From assembly GCA_041664165.1 (NCBI GenBank), contig JBAYLH010000004.1, forward strand, positions 11,974 through 75,973: 64,000 bases of DNA. Direction: 5' to 3'. Position numbers and translations under genes: made by a program. This DNA is from Candidatus Buchananbacteria bacterium. Its GTDB lineage: Bacteria > Patescibacteriota > Patescibacteriia > Buchananbacterales > UBA6539. The notes beneath the pieces were generated by a model. That model did no database searches. It worked only from the letters and a program-made list of their open reading frames with translations, and had not been told where the DNA came from. Shown here piece by piece: positions 17,484-25,266 of this stretch. Position 1 is the stretch's first letter, and each line of letters begins with the position of its first letter.

Positions 17484-18917
17484 TCATTCGGTTTGCCTCC
17501 TTTTAATAATCGCACCCGGCGTTTTAAAAATTATCTGCAAATCCAAGGCTAACGACCAATTTTCAATATAGTAAGTGTCAAGTTTGATTTCTTCCTCAAA
17601 ATCCAAATCCGACCGGCCGGAAACCTGGGCTAAGCCGGTAATCCCCGGCCGAATGGTTAAAACTTTTTTATGGTGCCGCTGGTATTTGGTAACTTCTTCG
17701 AGTTCATGCGGCCGCGGCCCGACTAAGCTCATCTTGCCGATTAAAACAATAAAAAGTTCAGGCAGCTCATCAATACTGAAACGTCTGATAATTTTTCCAA
17801 TCCTGGTAATTCTCGGATCATTTTTAAATTTCATCATCGGCGAGCCATCCCGTAAATTTTTTTGTTGGGCTAAAAATTCCGGATCAAACCGGTATTGATG
17901 GGCATTTTTAATCATTGATCGAAATTTAAAGTACGAAAAAGGCTTGCCGAATTGGCCCGCTCTTTGGTAAAGAAAAAATACCGAGCCGGCTGAATCTAGC
18001 TTAATCGCCAGCGCGGCCAGCAACATTACCGGCGAGGTTAGAATAATTAAAATGATTGCGCCGACAAGATCAAAAGTTCTTTTATAAATCCGGCCCCAGC
18101 CGTCAAGCCGGGTTTTTTTTACTTCGACTACCGGCATGCCGGCGTAAGTTACTACCTCTAAATTAGTCAGCTGAGTGCCTAATAAATCAGCAGTATATTT
18201 AAAATCCAAATGGTACTCGTTGGCTAAATTGATTAAATCGATAGTTTGTTCCGTATTGGCGTTAGGATTAACTTCAATAATTTCATCAACCGAGTCGGTC
18301 TCGGCCATCGCTTTAATTTTTTCGGCAATCGGCGAGCTAAAATCCGAAAATTGAGCCACGACCCGATAACCCAATGATTTATGGTCGGTAAATTCTCTAA
18401 TCAATTCTTTAGCCACTTGGCCGTTACCGATAATTGCCAGCCGGTGAACGCCAAAGCCGAATTTATAGGAAAATTTTTTACTGGTTCGAATAATTAATCT
18501 TTCCAGGCTGACAAAAATGATGGCCAAAACCCAGACGGCGATGATAATAAAACGGGAATCAAATAAAAAACGGGAAAAAACCATAACGGCTAAAACCAAA
18601 GCCAGGCCGGCGGAGCAAGCGACAAAAACCCGGCCGAGCTCCTCCCGTAATTTTTTAGTGCCGCCGATGGTATAAAGGCCGGCTAAACCAAAAATTGCCA
18701 CCCAGCAAAGTCCAATAACTAAAGTCAAACTGAAGTAATCTTTGAAAGGTAAATTAAAAATTACCGGCCTGACATTTTGCACGATTGGCAAAAAGCGGAT
18801 AAAATAAGCGGCAATGGCGGCAAAAATTAAAGCCAGATAGTCAAGCGGCGGCTTCACCGCGACAAATATCAATTCGGAACGTTTCATTTGATAAGTTAAT
18901 ATAAAGCGATAAAGCAA
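17484..18917 (-). CDS. polyprenyl glycosylphosphotransferase (bacterial sugar transferase, WbaP/CpsE-like priming enzyme)
   Basis: 477 aa, N-terminal TM helices. C-terminal KRTFDLVGAIILIILTSPVMLLAALAIKLDSAGSVFFLYQRAG ... DELPELFIVLIGKMSLVGPRP. Confidence 0.8.
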   Translation of the reverse strand: MLYRFILTYQMKRSELIFVAVKPPLDYLALIFAAIAAYFIRFLPIVQNVRPVIFNLPFKDYFSLTLVIGLCWVAIFGLAGLYTIGGTKKLREELGRVFVACSAGLALVLAVMVFSRFLFDSRFIIIAVWVLAIIFVSLERLIIRTSKKFSYKFGFGVHRLAIIGNGQVAKELIREFTDHKSLGYRVVAQFSDFSSPIAEKIKAMAETDSVDEIIEVNPNANTEQTIDLINLANEYHLDFKYTADLLGTQLTNLEVVTYAGMPVVEVKKTRLDGWGRIYKRTFDLVGAIILIILTSPVMLLAALAIKLDSAGSVFFLYQRAGQFGKPFSYFKFRSMIKNAHQYRFDPEFLAQQKNLRDGSPMMKFKNDPRITRIGKIIRRFSIDELPELFIVLIGKMSLVGPRPHELEEVTKYQRHHKKVLTIRPGITGLAQVSGRSDLDFEEEIKLDTYYIENWSLALDLQIIFKTPGAIIKRRQTE

Positions 18918-18990
18918 ATAAAGCGATGAGCGAGATAAAGATTTTTATGAGTATAGAATAACAAAAATTTAAGTAAAAATCAACCTGACC

Positions 18991-19019
18991 TTGACAAGCT
19001 CAAATTTTTATGTTAATAT
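18991..19019 (+). promoter_or_regulatory. sigma70-type promoter of rnpB
   Basis: TTGACA (18991-18996), 17-nt spacer, TAATAT (19014-19019); G19027, 7 nt downstream, is the first nt of the predicted P1 helix. Confidence 0.5.
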
Positions 19020-19026
19020 AAATTTT

Positions 19027-19820
19027 GTCCAAGTAAGCTAGATGATCGCCCCCCACTTTCTATGTTCTATGTGTATGTTCTAAAACTTAATAACGGCAAA
19101 TTGTATTTCGGATATACTAGCGACCTTCAGCGTAGAATTAAAGAGCATACTAACGGTGAATCAACCTTTACAGCGAGTTGCAGGCCATTAAAATTAGTAT
19201 ATTACGAAGCCTATAACTCAAAAGAGGATGCCCAAAAAAGAGAAAAAGTATTAAAACAGTTTAAGGGTAGCTATGGTCATTTGAAAAAACGCATCCAAAA
19301 AAGTATTGATAGAAAATAGAAATTAGAAAGTGGGGGGAGGAAAGTCCGAACACCACTAGCGGTAGCTCCTAACGGGAGCCGAGAGCAACAAAAGAATAGA
19401 AGCGCTTAAGACTTCTGGACTTTTGCCAAGCTTAGGGCAAGTGCAACAGAAAATATACCGCCCCCCACCTTCTGTTCAACATTAGTGATTTAAAATCACT
19501 TAAGTGAGCGAGGCGGTTCCGCCTTACTATATTCATTGATCTAAAAGATGATGACTAGAAGGTGGGGGGTAAGGTTGAAAACGTGGGCCCGCCTTCGCGC
19601 GGGATAATCCGCTTCGCCATCTTGGCTTCGGCGGAAAAAGTAAGAGCCCACGCACGACAGACTGGTGACAGTCGGTGTGGTAAACTCCTGCCTGGTGCAA
19701 TGCCAAATTTGGTCGGCAGCACGAGCCTAATGGCAACATTAGGCCAAGATAGATGATCATCTCCCCCACTTTTTTAAAAAATGGGGGAACAGAATTCGGC
19801 TTACCGGCTTGCTTGGACAA
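19027..19820 (+). ncRNA. rnpB: RNase P RNA (bacterial type) with large insertions in P3, P12 and J2/4
   Basis: P1 GUCCAAGUAAGC (19027-) pairs with GCUUGCUUGGAC (19807-19818). P2 AGAUGAUC pairs with GAUCAUCU. P4 5' strand AGGAAAGUCCG at 19338. Conserved AGUGCAACAGAAAAUAUACCGCC, GUAAGAGCCCACGCACG, GGUAAACUCCUGCC...GCCAAAUUUGG, and P4 3' strand ACAGAAUUCGGCUUA at 19790. These match the E. coli M1 RNA landmarks recalled from memory (GGAGGAAAGUCCGG, GUGCAACAGAGAGCAAACCGCC, GUAAGAGCGCACC, GGUAAACUCCACC, ACAGAACCCGGCUUA). Confidence 0.8.
19062..19319 (+). CDS. GIY-YIG nuclease-family small protein (YhbQ/UPF0213-like), encoded inside the rnpB P3 loop
   Basis: 85 aa MFYVYVLKLNNGKLYFGYTSDLQRRIKEHTNGES...; pattern YVYVL..NGKLYFGYT.DL.RR..EH matches the GIY-YIG core. 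Flanked by CCCCCCACTTTC (19049-19060) and GAAAGTGGGGGG (19326-19337). Confidence 0.65.
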   Translation: MFYVYVLKLNNGKLYFGYTSDLQRRIKEHTNGESTFTASCRPLKLVYYEAYNSKEDAQKREKVLKQFKGSYGHLKKRIQKSIDRK

Positions 19821-20025
19821 TAAAAAATATCTCTTTTGACGAGGTATTTTTTGTTTGCTAAAATTAATTTGTCCTGGCAGCTGTTACTTCGGTAAGTTAG
19901 AGGTAATAATTGCTGCTGCGATGCAATGCCGCCAGTGAGTAGGCAACCAAGCTGCTTAGTTTTATGCGGTTAGAGCTGAATTTCGGCTCATCAAGGTTGT
20001 CAAAACCAAACTCTGCCTGATTAGG

Positions 20026-20058
20026 TGAGCTCCAAGCTTCTGGCGGCTCTTTTTTTTA
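20026..20058 (+). terminator. possible terminator downstream of rnpB (the T-run overlaps the rnhA stop)
   Basis: Imperfect GC hairpin GAGCUCC...GGCGGCUC followed by TTTTTTTT. Confidence 0.3.
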
Positions 20059-20481
20059 TTTTAATGCTTCATCAATGGCTTCATTAACCAGCTTATCCGC
20101 CAGTTTATTGTCGGTTCGATAGATATGAGTATATTTGACTTTTTTAAATCCGGTCGCCAAATTCCAGGCTTTGACAAATAAAATCGCCAAGTCGGCATTT
20201 TTTACTTTATATTTTTGGCTTAATTGCTGCTGAACTAATTCGCTGTCCAAAAAGACATCAACTTCGGCAGCCCCTAGTTCTTTGGCTTTTTCCAGTCCCA
20301 AAATTACCGCCTGATATTCCGCCTGGTTATTGGTAGCATGGCCGATAAATTTTTTGTACGTTAAAATCTTGTCGTCGTATTTTAAAACGACGCCAATTCC
20401 CGCCGGGCCAGGATTACCCCGGGCGCCGCCGTCAGTATATAAAATTATTTTAACCATATATTTGCCAAAGGTTAATGCCAC
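20056..20481 (-). CDS. rnhA: ribonuclease HI
   Basis: 141 aa; ILYTDGGARGNPGPAGIGVVL ... NNQAEYQAVILGLEKAKELG ... DSELVQQQL. Confidence 0.8.
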   Translation of the reverse strand: MALTFGKYMVKIILYTDGGARGNPGPAGIGVVLKYDDKILTYKKFIGHATNNQAEYQAVILGLEKAKELGAAEVDVFLDSELVQQQLSQKYKVKNADLAILFVKAWNLATGFKKVKYTHIYRTDNKLADKLVNEAIDEALK

Positions 20482-21094
20482 TATTGAGGATCATTCTAAC
20501 GGCAAAATAGAATAATATCAAGGCCATAAAGTTATAAACTATTCTCACAATTTTTTGATTAGTTAAAACTTTTTTGAATCGAGAAAAAATATAAACAATA
20601 ATCATAGTAGCCACGAGCCAGCCAAATTCAAAAATAAGTAGAAAAAGCCATTGGCCAAAAAATAAAATTTTATTTGCCTCAAAGGCCAAGGGGACACAAA
20701 TAGTTACCCAAAAAAGCCAAAATGAGCCGTTAAGCAAAGTTAAAATAAAGATTTTTTTAAAAGTAAAAACCCTTGCCCCATTATCAGTAATTGAATTAAT
20801 CTTTGAAACTTGCCAGGCCAGGTAGATTAGAAAAAATCCGCCGAAGAGGGCGGTAAAATAAAAAATCTGTGGCGATGGATTGAGAGAAAAAACTACGGCT
20901 AAAACAACAATCGCTACCATTGATTCGGCGATCAATCCCCAGAAAATTGTTTTGAGGCTTTTAACAAACCCTAATCGCAATGATTCTGAACAGCAAGAGA
21001 TAATTAATGGGCCGGGATTGGCTCCGCCAATTAAACCAAGAACAAAAATACTCAGTATTTCACCTAAAATTTTATTTAGCATATTTAAAGACAT
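20450..21094 (-). CDS. LysE/RhtB-family amino-acid exporter-like membrane protein
   Basis: 214 aa, 6 predicted TM helices, N-terminal GANPGP motif. Overlaps rnhA by 32 nt. Confidence 0.55.
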   Translation of the reverse strand: MSLNMLNKILGEILSIFVLGLIGGANPGPLIISCCSESLRLGFVKSLKTIFWGLIAESMVAIVVLAVVFSLNPSPQIFYFTALFGGFFLIYLAWQVSKINSITDNGARVFTFKKIFILTLLNGSFWLFWVTICVPLAFEANKILFFGQWLFLLIFEFGWLVATMIIVYIFSRFKKVLTNQKIVRIVYNFMALILFYFAVRMILNSGINLWQIYG

Positions 21095-21101
21095 AAAGAA
21101 A

Positions 21102-21154
21102 GTAGGTTGGTAGGACGGTAGGAGGTAGGAAATATTTTGTTCCTACTAACCTAC
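21102..21154 (-). terminator. long hairpin at the recJ 3' end (terminator or attenuator-like)
   Basis: GUAGGUUGGUAGG ... CCUACUAACCUAC (13 bp with one G-U), followed on the minus strand by a U-rich tract; it overlaps the recJ stop codon and lies 30 nt upstream of the LysE-like start. Confidence 0.35.
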
Positions 21155-22872
21155 TTCTTGTTAATTCTCAAATCGACAATCTTTAGCTGCAACTCCCGGT
21201 TGCCATTCCATTCATTAACATCCACTTCGAAAATCATATCAACTTTATCCCCCACCTTTAATTTCGCACACCAATCACCAAAACAAAAACCAATGGTTTT
21301 GCGGATTATCGGCGTGGTATGTTTAACCATCAGCCGGAGATGTTTGCCATCCTGGCCCAAAGTCTGCATTTCCGCGACCGTCAGATTTTGCGCCAGAAAC
21401 CGCGGCTTGGGATTGCCTTCACCGTAAGGCGGAAATTTTGCCAATTCCTCAAATAATTCCCAATTAACCTGCTCTAGTTTTATTTCAGCGTCAATCTCTA
21501 AAATCGGCTTAAGATCTTTGCCGGTTAGTTCCGCTTCGGCTAATTTAGTCATGGCCTGGATAAAAAGTTCAAGGCTCGGTTCATCTTTAAGGGTAAAGCC
21601 AGCGGCCTGGCCATGACCGCCATAACGGGTTAAATACTGGTCGCATTTTTGAATCGCTTCGATAATATTAAATTCAGGGATACTTCGACCGGAGCCGATA
21701 ATTTCGCCGTTGTAGCGGCTGATTACCAAACTCGGGCGGTTAAATTCATCGGTAATCCGGCCAGAAACTAAACCGACAATTCCGGTCGGCCAGTCCGTGC
21801 CGACAATGGCCAAAAATTTTTGGTCTTTAACCGAGCCTAAGATTTCCTTGGCCGCCGCCGTAATTTTTTCCGTCAGCTGCTGGCGCTGAGTATTGGTTTG
21901 GTTTAATTCTAAAGCTAATTTTTGAGCTTCCTCTACTTGGTCGGTAATCAAGAGTTGATAGGCCGAACTGGCGTGGTTGAGCCGGCCGGCCGCATTGAGC
22001 CGCGGCGAGATTTGCCAGCCAACCACTCGTTCGTCAATCACGGTCAAGTTATTACTCATTTTTTCAATTAATTTCAAAAGGCCGAGCCGCTTGGTTTTTT
22101 GCAAAACAATTAAACCGTACTTAACTAAAATCCGATTTTCGGCAAGCAACGGCTGCATATCGGCAATGGTGGCAATTGCCACTAAATCCAACAGCCATTT
22201 TTCAAAACCGGTCTCGAGCTGATTGACCTTAAAATCCTTTTGCTTTTTGGTAATCGCCTGGGCTAGTTTAAAAGCCACGCCGCAGCCGCATAAACCCCGG
22301 AAGGGATAGGTTTCTTTTTCAACATTCGGATTGATAATAGCAAATGCCTCGGGTAAAATTTTTGGCTGGTGGTGGTGATCGGTAACAATCACTTCTACCC
22401 CTTTTTGATTTAGCAAGTCGATTTCTGTTTTATTGGAAACACCGCAGTCAACCGTAATCAATAATTTTGTCCCTTTGGCGGCTAATTCGGTTACCGCCTC
22501 AATATTTAAACCATAGCCTTCGGTTTCCCGGTAAGGGATATAAACATCAGGCTTGCCGCCCAAACCCCGTAAAAGCTCAACGAGTAAAGCCGAGGAGCAT
22601 ACCCCGTCAGCGTCGTAATCGCCGTAAACAACGATTTTTTCTTTGTTTTCTATAGCCGTTAAAATCCGATTGACAGCCTTTTCCATCTCAGTAAATAAAA
22701 ACGGATCAGAAAGATTTTTTTCGTATTCCGGGTTTAAAAAATCGTCAATGTTTTGCTGAACATTCAGTCCTCGGTTAAACAGCAGCTGCAAAACAATCGG
22801 ATTAATTTCGGGAAAATGGTTGAAATCCGACTCTGCCAACCCTGGTTTTACTTCCCATTTTTTTTCTAGCAT
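21151..22872 (-). CDS. recJ: single-stranded-DNA-specific exonuclease RecJ
   Basis: 573 aa; DHH motifs VVYGDYDADGVCSSALL, ITVDCGVSN, VIVTDHHH; C-terminal OB region. Confidence 0.85.
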   Translation of the reverse strand: MLEKKWEVKPGLAESDFNHFPEINPIVLQLLFNRGLNVQQNIDDFLNPEYEKNLSDPFLFTEMEKAVNRILTAIENKEKIVVYGDYDADGVCSSALLVELLRGLGGKPDVYIPYRETEGYGLNIEAVTELAAKGTKLLITVDCGVSNKTEIDLLNQKGVEVIVTDHHHQPKILPEAFAIINPNVEKETYPFRGLCGCGVAFKLAQAITKKQKDFKVNQLETGFEKWLLDLVAIATIADMQPLLAENRILVKYGLIVLQKTKRLGLLKLIEKMSNNLTVIDERVVGWQISPRLNAAGRLNHASSAYQLLITDQVEEAQKLALELNQTNTQRQQLTEKITAAAKEILGSVKDQKFLAIVGTDWPTGIVGLVSGRITDEFNRPSLVISRYNGEIIGSGRSIPEFNIIEAIQKCDQYLTRYGGHGQAAGFTLKDEPSLELFIQAMTKLAEAELTGKDLKPILEIDAEIKLEQVNWELFEELAKFPPYGEGNPKPRFLAQNLTVAEMQTLGQDGKHLRLMVKHTTPIIRKTIGFCFGDWCAKLKVGDKVDMIFEVDVNEWNGNRELQLKIVDLRINKK

Positions 22873-23080
22873 ACCCTGTTAGTAACTGGCTTAATGATTA
22901 GGTAAAATTTGGCGCCGTTAGGTTATTTCTAACGGGACGTAGGAAATTATTTTACCATTTACTTTGGCTTAATTCAAATTTTAGCTGCCAATATTTTTGG
23001 CGATTTTAGCCAAAATTTTGACGGTTTATCCAAAATGAGATAAAGTAAATTAAGCTTTTAGCTCTAATTGATTAAATTAT

Positions 23081-23182
23081 ATGACCAAGGCAAAAAAAAG
23101 ATGGCAAAAAGTGGTCTGGTTTTTCGTGGCAATTGCCACCATTTTTTCAATGGTAATTTGGACAATTGGCATCGGGCTTTGA
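23081..23182 (+). CDS. speculative 33-aa single-TM peptide
   Basis: MTKAKKRWQKVVWFFVAIATIFSMVIWTIGIGL*, lying before the bidirectional terminator. No SD. Kept at low confidence; the overlapping track ORF 23068..23358 runs through the terminator and antisense into lepA and is rejected. Confidence 0.2.
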   Translation: MTKAKKRWQKVVWFFVAIATIFSMVIWTIGIGL

Positions 23183-23204
23183 TTTTTTACTCACTGATTA
23201 AAGC

Positions 23205-23240
23205 TAAAAAAATACCCTTGGCTTCAAGGGTATTTTTTTA
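23205..23240. terminator. bidirectional rho-independent terminator (lepA 3' end)
   Basis: AUACCCUU-GGCUUC-AAGGGUAU, perfect 8-bp stem, A7 upstream and U7 downstream. Confidence 0.7.
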
Positions 23241-25013
23241 TCGTTTTAAAACCGCCAAGAAAGCTTCGGGCGGAATATCAACTTTACCCTGTCCCCTGGC
23301 CATCATTTTCTTTTTACCTTTCTTTTGTTTTTCCAAAAGTTTTCTTTTTCGAGTATAATCGCCGCCGTAAAGCTTGGCGGTAACATCTTTGCGCAAAGCC
23401 GACAAATGTTCGGCCGCAATTACCCGGCCGCCGATTGAAGCCTGAATTTTAATCATAAACATCTGGCGGGGCAAAGTTTCCTTCAAAGATTGGACAATTT
23501 TTCGGCCGAGGTAGTAAGCTTCGTCTTCATAAACCAAAGAGCTTAAGGCCTCAACTTTTTCTTCGGCGACTAAAATATCAAGCCGGACAATATCAACCGA
23601 CTCGTAGGCTAAAAAATCATAATTCAAAGAGGCATAGCCGGAGGAAACGCTTTTCAGCTTATCATAAAAATCAACCAGCAAAGCGGTTAAGGGAACATGG
23701 TAGTGCAAAACCGCAATGCTTTCATCCAGGTATTCCGTATTCAAATAAATTCCCCGTTTAGCCGAAACCAGCTGCATGATGCCGCCGAGATACTCTTTGG
23801 GCGAAAAGATGTCAACTAGCATTATCGGTTCCAAAGTCTTTTCAATCATTTCCGGCTTGGGCAGCTCTTGAGGGCTGTGAATCACTATGTCCTTGCCATT
23901 TTTTAGTTTAATTTGATAAGCAACGCTGGGGACAGTAACGACTAGCTCAAGGCCATATTCCCGCCTTAGCCGCTCCTGAACAACTTCCAAATGAAGCAAC
24001 CCCAAAAAACCGCAGCGAAAGCCAAAGCCTAAAGCCGAAGAATTTTCCGGTTCATAAATTAAAGCGGCATCGTTAAGTTTTAATTTTTCGATGGCTTCTC
24101 TTAATCTTGCATATTGGTCGCCTTCCTTGCAGAATAAACCGGCAAAAACCATCGGCTTAACTTCTTTATAACCCGGCAGCGGCAAAACTTGGCTGAGCGC
24201 GGTAGTAATCGTGTCGCCGACTCGGCAATATTGAATCTCTTTTAAGCCGGTAACAATATAGCCGATTTCGCCTGACTGGAGTTTTTCGGTTTTAACGAAT
24301 TTCGGACTGAAATAGCCGACCTCTAAAACTTCCGACGTTTTTTTGGTTGATAAAAAATTGATTTTATCGCCGACTTTGATTTCGCCGTCGACGACTCGGA
24401 CTTCAGCGATAATGCCTCGGTATTCGTCGAATTTTGAATCAAAAATCAAAGCCCGGATCGGTCGATTCAAATTCGGCTGGGGCGGCTTGACTTTAGAAAT
24501 AACCGCCGCCAAAATTTCCGCTACGCCTTGGCCGGTTTTAGCTGAGACTAATAAAATTTCTTCAGCTTGGCAACCGACCAGCTGGCAAATTTCGTGTTTA
24601 GTTTTTTCCACTTCCGCGTTTGGCAAATCGATTTTATTAATCACTGGAATAATGGTTAAATCCTGTTCAAGCGCCAGATAAAGATTGGCAACGGTTTGCG
24701 CCTGGACTCCTTGAGTGGCGTCAACCAAAAGAATCGCCCCTTCGACGGCCGCCAAACTTCTCGATACCTCGTAGCTGAAATCAACGTGACCGGGAGTGTC
24801 AATCAAATTGAGCTCGTAATTTTGCCATTTCATCCGCACCGGCGTCAGTTTAATCGTGATTCCCCTTTCCCGTTCGATATCCATCTGGTCTAAAATCTGT
24901 TCTTTCATTTCCCGCCCCGAAATCGTGCCGGTCAATTCTAAAAAACGGTCCGCCAAAGTGGACTTTCCGTGATCGATATGAGCAATGATGCAAAAATTTC
25001 TAATTTTATCCAT
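23238..25013 (-). CDS. lepA: elongation factor 4 (LepA)
   Basis: Start taken at MDKIRNFCIIAHIDHGKSTLADR (matches canonical LepA N-termini). The track start at 25040 adds MNTNPLLKF. G-domain and C-terminal LepA domain present. Confidence 0.9.
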   Translation of the reverse strand: MDKIRNFCIIAHIDHGKSTLADRFLELTGTISGREMKEQILDQMDIERERGITIKLTPVRMKWQNYELNLIDTPGHVDFSYEVSRSLAAVEGAILLVDATQGVQAQTVANLYLALEQDLTIIPVINKIDLPNAEVEKTKHEICQLVGCQAEEILLVSAKTGQGVAEILAAVISKVKPPQPNLNRPIRALIFDSKFDEYRGIIAEVRVVDGEIKVGDKINFLSTKKTSEVLEVGYFSPKFVKTEKLQSGEIGYIVTGLKEIQYCRVGDTITTALSQVLPLPGYKEVKPMVFAGLFCKEGDQYARLREAIEKLKLNDAALIYEPENSSALGFGFRCGFLGLLHLEVVQERLRREYGLELVVTVPSVAYQIKLKNGKDIVIHSPQELPKPEMIEKTLEPIMLVDIFSPKEYLGGIMQLVSAKRGIYLNTEYLDESIAVLHYHVPLTALLVDFYDKLKSVSSGYASLNYDFLAYESVDIVRLDILVAEEKVEALSSLVYEDEAYYLGRKIVQSLKETLPRQMFMIKIQASIGGRVIAAEHLSALRKDVTAKLYGGDYTRKRKLLEKQKKGKKKMMARGQGKVDIPPEAFLAVLKR

Positions 25014-25057
25014 AAATTTAAGTAATGGATTAGTATTCAACCCCGCACCAATTCAAA
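24981..25057. repeat. direct repeat copy 1 (authentic lepA 5' end plus ~45 bp upstream)
   Basis: agcaatgatgcaaaaatttctaattttatccataaatttaagtaatggattagtattcaaccccgcaccaattcaaa. Confidence 0.85.
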
Positions 25058-25160
25058 TCATTAGAACCCAACTTTAAAAATAAGTAAGCTACTAGGCGGC
25101 TTCGCACGCAAGAATTAACGGATTTATTTTAAAATCTTTTGCGGAATTTGGTGCGGGGTG

Positions 25161-25237
25161 AGCAATGATGCAAAAATTTCTAATTTTATCCATAAATTTA
25201 AGTAATGGATTAGTATTCAACCCCGCACCAATTCAAA
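25161..25237. repeat. direct repeat copy 2 (duplicate of the lepA 5' end), 180 bp upstream of copy 1
   Basis: 77/77 identical to copy 1. Minus strand gives a 42-codon chimeric ORF (25092..25220) MNTNPLLKFMDKIRNFCIIAHPAPNSAKDFKINPLILACEAA*. Confidence 0.85.
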
Positions 25238-25266
25238 CTAGCAGAAGTTTTTAGTGTTTTACTGAT

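Noticed and set aside
19533-19820. Track ORFs 19533..19820(-) and 19562..19756(+)
   Set aside because: They fall entirely within the conserved 3' half of the RNase P RNA (P13/P14/P18/P4 region); ORFs in GC-rich structured RNA are expected by chance.
19027-19820. Group I intron (with GIY-YIG homing endonuclease) or tmRNA as alternative explanations for the rnpB insert
   Set aside because: The insert (265 nt) is far too short to hold a group I ribozyme core plus ORF, and no P7/P3 intron motifs are visible. The ORF is the minimal YhbQ-like GIY-YIG domain without a DNA-binding module. tmRNA is excluded because the flanking conserved strings are RNase P-specific.
23068-23358. Track ORF 23068..23358(+) 96 aa
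   Set aside because: It runs straight through the strong bidirectional terminator hairpin and then antisense into lepA. Only the first 33 codons in a different frame form a plausible peptide, and even that is kept at low confidence.
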